Position numbers and translations under genes: made by a program
Shown here: piece after piece, positions 28,358 through 37,416 of the stretch
Numbering within the stretch: the first letter of the stretch is position 1
How the letters are laid out: every line of letters begins with the position of its first letter
The notes under the pieces: generated by a model
Told to the model about the DNA's origin: nothing
Database searches by the model: none
What the model saw: the letters and a program-made list of their open reading frames with translations, nothing else
Sequence record: MN850574.1
Source: Escherichia phage kaaroe
Reading direction: 5' to 3' (one strand)
DNA: 64,000 nt

Positions 28358-29766
28358 TTAAAACTATCTTTTCACAGTTGATTTACAATGGCGCATTCTT
28401 TACGAATGTATGGCCTCACCTTAAAGCGGACTACTTCACCGAAGACGAAGAAAAACTGATTTATAAGCTGATTAAAAAGCACGTAGACGAATATTCCAAC
28501 ATTCCTACGCCAACTGCATTACATATTGCTTTAGACAAGGAGAGAGGCAATCAGACAACATATGAAGGGGCTAAAACTCTTCTTGATTCGCTTGAGAATA
28601 CACCGGAAGACCTTGATTGGTTAATGAAGGAAACCGAAAAATTTATTCGTGACCGTGCCATGTATAATGCAATGTCACGGGCGCTAGAGATTCAGGCGAA
28701 CGCACAACTACCAAAAGAGAAACAGAATAAGAAATTGCCGAGTGAGGGTGCTATTCCTGAGATCATGCAGGAAGCACTATCAATTACGTTTGATTCTGAT
28801 GTAGGTCATGACTGGTTTAATGACTTTGAAAAACGATTCTTGCTATATCAGACTAAGGCGAATAAGATCCCGTTTAAGCTGCCGATGTTGAATAAAATCA
28901 CGAAAGGAGGGGCGGAAAGAAAAACGCTAAATGTGTTGCTTGCTGGTGTAAATGTTGGTAAATCGCTTGGATTATGTTCTCTTGCTGCGGATTATATGGA
29001 ATGTGGTTATGATGTATTGTATATCTCAATGGAGATGGCAGAGCATGTCGTAGCCAAACGTATCGACGCAAACTTGCTTGACATTACATTAGATGAATTG
29101 GATAATGGTAATGTTTCTTTTGCGGAATATTCCGCACGTATGAAGCGTGTTAAGAATAAGAAGATCGGAGATCGTCCGGTTGGAAAATTGATGATCAAGC
29201 AGTATCCGACTGGTGGCGCGAACTCCAATCACTTTGAGGCGTTAATGAATGAATTGCGACTCAAGAAACAGTTTAAACCTGATGTTGTGATTGTTGACTA
29301 TCTGGGGATTTGCGCATCGTCTCGCTTGCGTGTATACTCTGAAAATAGTTACACACTAGTTAAGGCGATTGCGGAAGAACTGCGAGGATTTTTTGTTAAG
29401 TGGGATGTTGTTGGTTGGACTGCGGCACAGACTACCCGCGCGGGTTGGGATGCTTCCGACCTTAACATGAGTGATACCGCTGAATCAGCAGGTCTTCCGG
29501 CTACTGCCGACTTTATGTTGGGTGTTATCGAAACCGAAGACCTGGCTAAAATGGGCGTCCAACTCATGAAGCAGATCAAGTCTCGTTACGGTGATAAGAA
29601 CTATTATTCACGGTTTAACGTTGGTGTGAAGAAAGGCAATCAGCGTTGGTATGAAGTACCAAACCAGATCGCAGATCAGGAGAATGCACAACTTAAACCA
29701 CAAAGCGCACAGCAAGCCGAGAAACGAGAAAAACTCGACGAGCTAGCAAATAACATGACTTTCTAA
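28354..29766 (+). CDS. 41: replicative DNA helicase gp41 (DnaB-like)
   Basis: LLAGVNVGKSLGLCSLAADY Walker A, IVDYLGIC, C-terminal IKSRYGDKN; colinear with recalled T4 gp41. Confidence 0.95.
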   Translation: MIKTIFSQLIYNGAFFTNVWPHLKADYFTEDEEKLIYKLIKKHVDEYSNIPTPTALHIALDKERGNQTTYEGAKTLLDSLENTPEDLDWLMKETEKFIRDRAMYNAMSRALEIQANAQLPKEKQNKKLPSEGAIPEIMQEALSITFDSDVGHDWFNDFEKRFLLYQTKANKIPFKLPMLNKITKGGAERKTLNVLLAGVNVGKSLGLCSLAADYMECGYDVLYISMEMAEHVVAKRIDANLLDITLDELDNGNVSFAEYSARMKRVKNKKIGDRPVGKLMIKQYPTGGANSNHFEALMNELRLKKQFKPDVVIVDYLGICASSRLRVYSENSYTLVKAIAEELRGFFVKWDVVGWTAAQTTRAGWDASDLNMSDTAESAGLPATADFMLGVIETEDLAKMGVQLMKQIKSRYGDKNYYSRFNVGVKKGNQRWYEVPNQIADQENAQLKPQSAQQAEKREKLDELANNMTF

Positions 29767-29772
29767 TAAAAT

Positions 29773-29788
29773 GCGCCCTGCGGGGCGC
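29773..29788 (+). other. GC-rich hairpin without T-run
   Basis: GCGCCCtgcgGGGCGC immediately after gene 41 stop. Confidence 0.35.
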
Positions 29789-29816
29789 TGGTGAATGATT
29801 TGATAGGAGATATAAC

Positions 29817-30452
29817 ATGATCGCTAATGCTTTACCGCCAAAATGGATCGTAAGTCGCTTTTATACTCTCAAGGAAGGTAACGCACCTGATGGTCGTCCG
29901 ATCCGAGATCTGTTTCTGGAGATGACTACAGCCGAAGCACAGTTTTATAATGATCTGACAGACGATAAGCCATTTCTCGTAAATTCGGTGGACCTTGATG
30001 GCAATGTCACATCAATCATCACACATGGTGGGGGAGTGAAAAATATTACTTCTCTGCGTGATCACGGTTGGGAAATTGCTTGTGTATTTCCTGCGGATGT
30101 ACGCGGATTCTTTGATGAGGTATCTGATATTAAAGTAAATGCACTGGAACCATATGACGAGATCCCACCACTGAAAGAAGAAAAAGAGTTGACACCGGAA
30201 GATGTAGATAGTACACTACACCCCGACCTATTTAAGAAGATTAGCGGTTTATGGACTGTTACCCTGTATCCAACCGCATTAGGTCTAGAATTGGGTATGC
30301 CAACTTATTCTGATATTGATAATTGGAATAAGAGCATTGATAAAGATGTTGAAAAACAGCGAAATAATGCTAAAATGCAACTTAAAGAGAAACGCAAAGA
30401 TCTTGAACGACAACTGAAAGAAACAAAACGTTTGCTTTCTACATTCGCTTGA
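29817..30452 (+). CDS. hypothetical protein
   Basis: ORF with GGAGA RBS. Confidence 0.5.
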   Translation: MIANALPPKWIVSRFYTLKEGNAPDGRPIRDLFLEMTTAEAQFYNDLTDDKPFLVNSVDLDGNVTSIITHGGGVKNITSLRDHGWEIACVFPADVRGFFDEVSDIKVNALEPYDEIPPLKEEKELTPEDVDSTLHPDLFKKISGLWTVTLYPTALGLELGMPTYSDIDNWNKSIDKDVEKQRNNAKMQLKEKRKDLERQLKETKRLLSTFA

Positions 30453-30482
30453 TCTATAATGAAACTCTAAGGAGACGATATT

Positions 30483-30860
30483 ATGAAAAATATGATTACG
30501 CCGGAAGATGTAGCATTCAAAACCGCATTCAACGGAGATATTCTTATTTTTATCGACGGTAAACACGCCGGAATGATTGAACCGGAAGGTCGCTGGGGTG
30601 TTGCTGAACTATATAACGTGGCGGGTGTAGAAGGTCATAAAACAGCACTTGTTTTCTTGTCAGATAAAGATCAAATGCGTCGAAAAATTGCTGCGCTCTA
30701 TAATGAAGCAGTATATTTCTACGAACCGTTTCATCGTATTAAAACGATCTCCCGCGTGACTCGAAAAGATGTTAATGCTTGTGTTATCAAGATTGTAGAG
30801 AATCAGGATAAACTGACGAAAGACCAGATTGTTGACTTACTGAAAGAGATTATTCTATGA
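30483..30860 (+). CDS. hypothetical protein
   Basis: AAGGAGACGATATTATG start context. Confidence 0.5.
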   Translation: MKNMITPEDVAFKTAFNGDILIFIDGKHAGMIEPEGRWGVAELYNVAGVEGHKTALVFLSDKDQMRRKIAALYNEAVYFYEPFHRIKTISRVTRKDVNACVIKIVENQDKLTKDQIVDLLKEIIL

Positions 30861-31180
30861 TTGGATTTAAACAGTTTGTTGAAGAAAATAAACTCAAAGA
30901 AGATATGACCGCTGGCGATGCTGGCGGCAATCCTGAGAAGATCGCAGCAGGTGAAACGAGCGGATCTATTACCAATCGTGGACCTAGTGTAGCGGGTAAA
31001 GAAAAACGCAAAAAGGAGAAAGACGGTGCTTAGTATCATCATGTTTATCGTTGGCTTGCTGTCCGCTATTATCGGTGTTGTTGTTTTCGGATTATCTGGA
31101 CACAAAACAAAAACAGAAAAGTTATCCGAGATCACAATGTATGTTGGTGTAGTTCTCATTCTGTTGTCGGTGGCGCTTAA

Positions 31181-31384
31181 ATGATTACGATGAAATGTCT
31201 TAAAAGCACATATGCACTTTTTGAAGCCGGAAAAGAATATGAATTTACAGAACTTGATTCGGTAGGCCGTTTTCGTGTATTCTCTTACACATCGCCAGAT
31301 GGTAGTGTCTACAAATTTGGCTTAGATGAAAACGGAGAGAATGAAAATGAAAGTGTAGGAACTTTCATGAAATTTGAGCTATAA
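31181..31384 (+). CDS. hypothetical protein
   Basis: Small ORF upstream of primase. Confidence 0.4.
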   Translation: MITMKCLKSTYALFEAGKEYEFTELDSVGRFRVFSYTSPDGSVYKFGLDENGENENESVGTFMKFEL

Positions 31385-31393
31385 GAGGTTATT

Positions 31394-32422
31394 ATGATTT
31401 ACTACGCAGATTATGAAATAGCGGAAAAAGCCATATACGGCGAACGAAATTTTAAACGGTTGCATACTAGCTCATTTACGCTGGTCTGTAGTTGTCCGAT
31501 CTGCGGTGACTCAAAGAAAAATCATACTCAAGCGCGATTCCGTATCTATACCTATAAAGATAGTTTGCGTTGTGGTTGTTTCAACTGTAACTACAATCAG
31601 CCGTTAGGTGAATTTCTCAAACAGTATAAGCCGGACCTATTCAGGGAATGGCTTATGGAACGACGGAAGGAACAAGGCGACCACAAGAACACCACGTTCA
31701 AGCCACTGAAAAAGGTAGAAAAGCCGGAGATTAAGAAAGTGCAAACATTGCCTTTCTGCGAGAGATTAGATACTCTTCCGGCTAATCATCCTATAATAAA
31801 GTATGTCAGTGATCGTTGCATCCCTCACGATAAATGGGATCTTCTGTATTTCACGAGAGAATGGCAAAAGGTAGCAAATCACATTAAGGCTGATACTTTC
31901 AAGAATCCACAACCTGAACCGCGTTTAGTGATTCCTATCTTTAACCGAGAGAACAAGATAGAATCCATTCAGGGGCGAGCATTGAGAAAGGATTACGGAA
32001 AGACCAAATATATGACGATTAAAACTCATGAGTTAGCGAGTAAGGTCTATGGTCTTGAACGAGCCGATCCGAGTAAACCAGTGTATTTCTTAGAAGGTCC
32101 GATCGATTCATTGTTTATTGATAACGGGTGTGCAATTACTGGCGGTACTTTGGGATTAGATGAAATTCCTTTCCCTGATCAGCGAGTGTTTGTACTTGAT
32201 GCGGAACCACGGTCTGCCGATACAATGCACCGACTGGAAAAGTTTATCAATGCAGGGGAAAAGATTGTATTGTGGGACCGTTGCCCGTGGCATTCTAAAG
32301 ACGTTAACGCCATGATTCAAGACGAGGGCGCTACACGCGACCAGATCATGGAATATATCAAAGAGAACACCGTACAAGGTCTGATGGCTAAAATGCGGTT
32401 TATGAAATATTGTAAATTTTAA
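31394..32422 (+). CDS. 61: DNA primase gp61
   Basis: N-terminal zinc ribbon CPICGDSKKN..CFNCNY, EPRLVIPI, EGPIDSLFI and GATRDQIMEY colinear with recalled T4 gp61. Confidence 0.9.
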   Translation: MIYYADYEIAEKAIYGERNFKRLHTSSFTLVCSCPICGDSKKNHTQARFRIYTYKDSLRCGCFNCNYNQPLGEFLKQYKPDLFREWLMERRKEQGDHKNTTFKPLKKVEKPEIKKVQTLPFCERLDTLPANHPIIKYVSDRCIPHDKWDLLYFTREWQKVANHIKADTFKNPQPEPRLVIPIFNRENKIESIQGRALRKDYGKTKYMTIKTHELASKVYGLERADPSKPVYFLEGPIDSLFIDNGCAITGGTLGLDEIPFPDQRVFVLDAEPRSADTMHRLEKFINAGEKIVLWDRCPWHSKDVNAMIQDEGATRDQIMEYIKENTVQGLMAKMRFMKYCKF

Positions 32423-32436
32423 TTAATGAGGTGAAT

Positions 32437-32955
32437 ATGTCAGAATTTAATTCTTGTGCTGGTCTGGTTAACGAAAAAGATATTAACGCGGCTATCGCCG
32501 CATATCATCACGCGATTGCAGAAGGTAAAGATCCGTTTCAGGTGATGCTCGAAATGCAAACTGGTTTGCAGGTTGCATTATCCGAAAAATTTGATTGGGT
32601 CCCAAATCCAACTAAGCTAGAGACTTGCGGTGAAATGCTGGATTGGATGCAACGGATGGATGACGCTATCGCAGACGAAACACGAGAGCTTTACACATCG
32701 CTGGGTGGAATGTCCAATGGTAAAGATGCAAGTGCAATCTGGAAAATGTGGAAAAAGAACCACGGAGAAGCGCGAGCGCGTAAATTCTCTGAACTGTCAC
32801 CGGAAGATCAGCTTGAAGTGAAATTTGAATTTGTGGACGCGATCCACTTCATTCTGTCAAAGATGATCCCGCTGGGTATTGACGCTCAAGAACTCTTTAT
32901 TCTGTACTATCTGAAAAATGCTGAAAACTTCGCCCGTCAAGAACGCGGCTACTAA
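32437..32955 (+). CDS. 56: gp56-like dCTP pyrophosphatase (MazG-like all-alpha NTP pyrophosphatase)
   Basis: Position after gene 61 and C-terminal LSPEDQLEVKFEFVD..LYYLKNAENFARQ acidic-helix pattern; sequence match to T4 gp56 is from memory only. Confidence 0.5.
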   Translation: MSEFNSCAGLVNEKDINAAIAAYHHAIAEGKDPFQVMLEMQTGLQVALSEKFDWVPNPTKLETCGEMLDWMQRMDDAIADETRELYTSLGGMSNGKDASAIWKMWKKNHGEARARKFSELSPEDQLEVKFEFVDAIHFILSKMIPLGIDAQELFILYYLKNAENFARQERGY

Positions 32956-32962
32956 AAATTAG

Positions 32963-32991
32963 TTGACACTACTCTATAATGGTTTTATTAT
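32963..32991 (+). promoter_or_regulatory. sigma70-type early promoter
   Basis: TTGACA 32963-32968, 17-nt spacer, TATTAT 32986-32991. Confidence 0.5.
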
Positions 32992-33021
32992 GCCTCCCGT
33001 CGAAAGATTGGAGGCTTTTTT
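32992..33021 (+). other. hairpin plus U-run that includes the Shine-Dalgarno of the downstream gene
   Basis: GCCTCC 32992-32997 pairs with GGAGGC 33010-33015, then TTTTTT; ATG at 33025. Confidence 0.5.
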
Positions 33022-33024
33022 ATT

Positions 33025-33528
33025 ATGCAATTTACACCAGAAGAACTTAACATCATTGATGAAGTGATGAACTCTAAAGAAAATATCGATATGTCGATCC
33101 TTAATGGATTGATCGAAAAGACTGAGCGGTTAGTGCATCATGAAGCCTTGTATCGCGGTGTGAGCAAAAGAGAAGGCCGTAAGCTGGATACCTTAATTGT
33201 TGGTGATTCTTTCGTTGTAGAGCGTCCTATGAGCTTTACGCCACTGCAATCAACAGCAGAGGACTTTGCAACCGATGTTTATGCAACAGGAAAGATTATT
33301 GCAATAAAACCTACCAAGCCTTGCATGAATTATTACGAACATGCTATTGACCGAGTGGTGTCTAAAGAGTATGACAATCCGACTACTCGACTGTCTTTGT
33401 ATGCTATGTTGGCAGATGAGCGCGAGTGCATATACAAGACAGGGACGACCATGATCCTTGATGAGATCGAGGAAGTTTACGCGTGTAACGGCGATCTGAT
33501 AGAGATTTACAAATTTTCTTTAATTTAA
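33025..33528 (+). CDS. putative ADP-ribosyltransferase-like protein (Mod-like)
   Basis: Ordered YRG, SFT/QST and ExE (DEIEE) motifs in R-S-E spacing; sits where T4 has modA/modB. Confidence 0.35.
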   Translation: MQFTPEELNIIDEVMNSKENIDMSILNGLIEKTERLVHHEALYRGVSKREGRKLDTLIVGDSFVVERPMSFTPLQSTAEDFATDVYATGKIIAIKPTKPCMNYYEHAIDRVVSKEYDNPTTRLSLYAMLADERECIYKTGTTMILDEIEEVYACNGDLIEIYKFSLI

Positions 33529-33531
33529 GTG

Positions 33532-33560
33532 TTGACAGGACAAACCAGATAGACAATAAT
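33532..33560 (+). promoter_or_regulatory. sigma70-type early promoter with conserved leader
   Basis: TTGACA 33532-33537, about 17-nt spacer, AATAAT 33555-33560; leader ATAATACACACATACCAA..AAGGAGAATCAA. Confidence 0.5.
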
Positions 33561-33589
33561 ACACACATACCAACTAAGGAGAATCAATT

Positions 33590-34345
33590 ATGAAACTGTT
33601 TGCTTTTAAATCTAACGAAGAATTGGCGCTGGTTGTTTTCCGGCTGAACTCTATCATGGCTGGCGCTTCACGTCGCAACAAAGACTTCTCTATGAGCTTA
33701 GTCACTGTGCGTAACATTTACCGTCAGACTCATTGCGCCTATTCAGGTGAAGCGTTCGGTGAAGGTGATGATGGACTCTCCTTAGAGCGCATTGATTGCA
33801 ATCTGGGATATGTTGATGGCAATGTAATTCCGGTTAAACTGAAATACAATTCTTTCCGTGGAAATCACACTATCGAATCTCTTAAAGAGATCCAGGAACT
33901 GGGAACTAACGGTAAACTTTCTGATGATGAAATTGCCCTACGTGCGAAGTACATCGAGTGGATCGAACTTAACGAGAATCGCATCAAAAATCAGGAAATG
34001 GCAATCGAAGAAAAGAAATTAGCAATCGAGCGCCACAAAAAGCACAACGAACCGGAGAAAGCAGAGGCAGCCGAGCGAGCGATTAAAAATACTCTCTTCC
34101 GTATGGAAGAACGTTATCAGAAAATTGCAGATCTCAAGCAAGCACTTAGCGAAATCAACAAGAAAGAAGAAAAACTTAAGGCTATTGCAAACAATACCGA
34201 AATCGTGCTAAAATATACCAGCGTTTTGATTGAATCTCTTTCTAAGTATGAGAACTTAACGCCAGCACAAAAAGAACGCGTGAAATACGGGCTTCCGATT
34301 GATGCGTCGTGGATTGAATTGATGAAAGCGAAGGTAGGTTTATAA
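33590..34345 (+). CDS. hypothetical protein with long coiled-coil segment
   Basis: ORF with AAGGAG RBS; charged helical region AIEEKKLAIERHKK.. Confidence 0.5.
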   Translation: MKLFAFKSNEELALVVFRLNSIMAGASRRNKDFSMSLVTVRNIYRQTHCAYSGEAFGEGDDGLSLERIDCNLGYVDGNVIPVKLKYNSFRGNHTIESLKEIQELGTNGKLSDDEIALRAKYIEWIELNENRIKNQEMAIEEKKLAIERHKKHNEPEKAEAAERAIKNTLFRMEERYQKIADLKQALSEINKKEEKLKAIANNTEIVLKYTSVLIESLSKYENLTPAQKERVKYGLPIDASWIELMKAKVGL

Positions 34346-34659
34346 TGCATGTATTTGCTGTATGTTATCGTGATAAAGACGGATTCTTTCAATACTCAGT
34401 GGACGCGAAAGGTCGCGTCCTAACTTGCGAAACACATGATGCTGCGTTAGCGTCAATGTGTGATCAGATAGATTATTGTGAGAGTCTATTGGCGGGTGAA
34501 CCGAAATACAAGGTTGTACCTAAACGAAAATTTGGCATAATCCGGTCTTCTGAAATTGTTCGGGATGGTATCGAATATAAAATTCCTGAATATGAAAAAG
34601 AACGGGTACGGCGAGAACTCAATACTATCTGTGTTCGCAAGGTGAGGATTTTAGGATAA
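34345..34659 (+). CDS. hypothetical protein
   Basis: ORF with overlapping start. Confidence 0.45.
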   Translation: MHVFAVCYRDKDGFFQYSVDAKGRVLTCETHDAALASMCDQIDYCESLLAGEPKYKVVPKRKFGIIRSSEIVRDGIEYKIPEYEKERVRRELNTICVRKVRILG

Positions 34660-36050
34660 TGAGCAGAGTATTAACTTTCGATATGTTAACAGACGGGCAA
34701 AAACATGCTTTTGATGTTCTAATGAAACGCATTGAACAAAAGAAGCATACAACTGTCCGTGGTGCGGCGGGTACTGGTAAAACCGCAATGATGAAATTCA
34801 TTGTTCAGGAAATGGTCCGCCGTGGTGTAACTGGTGTGGTTTTGGCAACGCCTACCCACCAGGCTAAAAAAGTTTTGAGTAAAGCGGTAGGTCGTCAAGC
34901 ATTTACTTTACATGCACTACTGCGACTAAACCCGACCAACTATGAAGATACTCAAGTATTTGAGCAAAAAGATACTCCTAAGCTAGATGATGTTCAGATC
35001 ATCATTGTTGATGAAGCGAGTATGGTCGATAAGAAACTATTTGATATTCTCATGAAGAGTATCAACGGTCGAATTGTTATTATTGCCGTGGGTGATCTGT
35101 ACCAGTTACGACCAGTTGATCCGAGCGGTGCAACGTCGATCTCTCCTTTCTTCACCGATGAAAGGTTTCAGAATGTAGAACTTACAGAGATTAAACGATC
35201 TAATGCGCCAATAATTGATGTGGCGACCGCTGTCCGTAATGGTAAATGGGTATTCGAAAAGCAGTGCGGTAACGAGGGTGTATTCCATAGCTCAACTCTG
35301 CCGGAGTTTATGAAGCATTATTTCGAAACCGTTAAAACGCCGGAAGACCTTCTAGAAAACCGTATTCTGGCCTACACTAACAAGAGCGTCGAAAAACTCA
35401 ATGAAATTGTGCGTAAGCGCGTTTATAACACCGATGAACCAGTGATTGTAGATGAAATTCTGGTTACTCAGGAACCATTGATCGAATATCTGCGAGATGA
35501 ACGCGGGAAGAAGATTCCCAATGTTATTTTTAACAATGGTGAGATGATCCGAGTTAAAGAGGTCATCCCGCGTGAATTTACATTACGTTGCACGGGGGTA
35601 GATCCGCAACCAGTTTTAGGATATACTCTGAAAGTGGAAAGCGTCGATGATGACGAAGACAAAGAAATCCTAAATCAGAAAGTCGGTTTAGATGCAGTCG
35701 GAATCACTACAGATAAACCAGATTTAGTAGAAATCAACATTCTGACAGAACAACGTCAGAAGAACATTTTCTCTATCTATCTGAATACGGTCGCCGGACA
35801 ATATCGCGAAATGAAGAAAGAGAATCCAAAATTTAAACCAGATTGGGATTCCTTCTGGACGATGAAGCGTATGTTCTTGAATGTAAAAGCATTACCAGCT
35901 TGCACCATTCATAAGTCACAAGGGATCAGCGTAGACCGCGTGTTCCTGTATACTCCTTGCATGTGTACAGACAATGTTGACTTTGAACTGGCAATGCAGT
36001 TATTATATGTGGGTGTTACCCGTGCGCGGTATCGAGTAGACTATATTTGA
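34659..36050 (+). CDS. dda: DNA helicase Dda (SF1)
   Basis: LTDGQKHAFD..GAAGTGKT Walker A, IIVDEASM, GDLYQLRPV, C-terminal VGVTRAR; colinear with recalled T4 Dda. Confidence 0.9.
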   Translation: MSRVLTFDMLTDGQKHAFDVLMKRIEQKKHTTVRGAAGTGKTAMMKFIVQEMVRRGVTGVVLATPTHQAKKVLSKAVGRQAFTLHALLRLNPTNYEDTQVFEQKDTPKLDDVQIIIVDEASMVDKKLFDILMKSINGRIVIIAVGDLYQLRPVDPSGATSISPFFTDERFQNVELTEIKRSNAPIIDVATAVRNGKWVFEKQCGNEGVFHSSTLPEFMKHYFETVKTPEDLLENRILAYTNKSVEKLNEIVRKRVYNTDEPVIVDEILVTQEPLIEYLRDERGKKIPNVIFNNGEMIRVKEVIPREFTLRCTGVDPQPVLGYTLKVESVDDDEDKEILNQKVGLDAVGITTDKPDLVEINILTEQRQKNIFSIYLNTVAGQYREMKKENPKFKPDWDSFWTMKRMFLNVKALPACTIHKSQGISVDRVFLYTPCMCTDNVDFELAMQLLYVGVTRARYRVDYI

Positions 36051-36229
36051 GGAAATTATTATGATTATGCGAAGTATCCCAGAATTTAATGATGTGACGG
36101 TAAGCCGTCACAATGGAACTGTTACCATGTGCTTTAGATGGGGTCTATACGGCTGGAACGTGTCCGGCGATAGTGAAGCTGCATGTATCAATAAAATGAT
36201 CGAGCATTTCACTAAGCGAGGGTTTTGAT

Positions 36230-36472
36230 ATGGTTGTTATTAATAATGTGGCTAATGTAATACATCTACAATCAATTGTCGCGTGGAACCGTCAAAAGAT
36301 TCATTGTGACTATGCACAACATGTAATGAATTTTAACAACAAAGTACGCGCATACATGGCAACGGAACGACTGTTAACCGATAATTACGGTAACGGGATT
36401 ATTGATTGTAGCGGTTTCATTCTGGATAAAAACGATCTGGAGTTGTTCCGGCATATCGCGGAGGATATTTAA
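36230..36472 (+). CDS. hypothetical protein
   Basis: ORF between dda and dexA. Confidence 0.4.
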   Translation: MVVINNVANVIHLQSIVAWNRQKIHCDYAQHVMNFNNKVRAYMATERLLTDNYGNGIIDCSGFILDKNDLELFRHIAEDI

Positions 36473-36473
36473 A

Positions 36474-37142
36474 ATGCTTCCAGTGGATTTAATGATTGAC
36501 TTTGAAAGTTTAGGTTATCCGCCTGATGGGGCGGTTATCAATATGGCGGCAATCGGATTTAAAGAAGATCCGCACAATCCACCTACATTTAAAGAACTGG
36601 TTGGCAATTCCTTTCTGGTAAAATTTGATATTCCTTCCCAGAAAGGTGTAAGGGTGTTTGATCATGGTGTGGTTGAATGGTGGAAGAATACCACCTCAGA
36701 AGGCATGAGAAAGCAATTAATCACAAATGGTACGGAAGTATCAACTAAAGAAGGTTTAGCGCGTTTTAACGCATTCTGTGAAGCCGTAGGAGTAGATCCG
36801 GTTAAATCCGTATTGTGGTCACGCGGTAATGCGTTTGATATTCCGTTACTAGTTGATATGATCCGCCGTGCACACAATACACGAGAGACGTTCAGCCTTG
36901 AACCTGTGCGATTCTGGAATATCCGAGATGTTCGCACCGCCATTGAGCGTACATTGATGCATCGCGGGATGTGTGAGTGTCCGTTACCAATGGGTACGCT
37001 AGATGGTTTTATCGCACATGATGCAATTCATGATTGCGCTCGCGATATTCTTATGCTAATCTATGCACAACGTTATGCTATGGGTCTGGAAGACCTACCA
37101 GAAAATCCAGATCCAAATTCAGTTAAGAAACAAAGGGGATAA
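36474..37142 (+). CDS. dexA: exonuclease A DexA
   Basis: DLMIDFESLG N-terminal DEDD-type motif and HDAIHDCARD C-terminal motif; position after dda. Confidence 0.8.
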   Translation: MLPVDLMIDFESLGYPPDGAVINMAAIGFKEDPHNPPTFKELVGNSFLVKFDIPSQKGVRVFDHGVVEWWKNTTSEGMRKQLITNGTEVSTKEGLARFNAFCEAVGVDPVKSVLWSRGNAFDIPLLVDMIRRAHNTRETFSLEPVRFWNIRDVRTAIERTLMHRGMCECPLPMGTLDGFIAHDAIHDCARDILMLIYAQRYAMGLEDLPENPDPNSVKKQRG

Positions 37143-37143
37143 T

Positions 37144-37317
37144 ATGCCATTATACGATTATTCTTGTGAAGAACACGGTCAATTTCAGAAAATCCGCAAA
37201 ATTTCCGAGCGTGAAAAGGCAGAATGCCCTGAATGCGGTAAAGAATGCAAACAGGGATTGACTGCCCCGCGCGGGATTAATGGCGGGTACTATGATAAAA
37301 ATGTGCGCGTGTCATGA
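37144..37317 (+). CDS. FmdB-like zinc-ribbon small protein (57 aa)
   Basis: MPLYDYSCEEHG...CPECGKEC arrangement typical of FmdB-family zinc ribbons; GGGG RBS. Confidence 0.45.
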   Translation: MPLYDYSCEEHGQFQKIRKISEREKAECPECGKECKQGLTAPRGINGGYYDKNVRVS

Positions 37318-37416
37318 GTCATATACTTGACAATCACTCAATTTTTAATATGATTGTTGCAGCCGTCTTTGTGGCGGTTGCAGTAAGTTATGGTTATGTT
37401 ATGAAGAGGTTTAATA

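Noticed and set aside
37063-37317. 84-aa ORF overlapping the end of dexA
   Set aside because: The in-frame upstream extension lacks an RBS; the real start is ATG 37144 with a GGGG RBS, giving the 57-aa zinc-ribbon protein.
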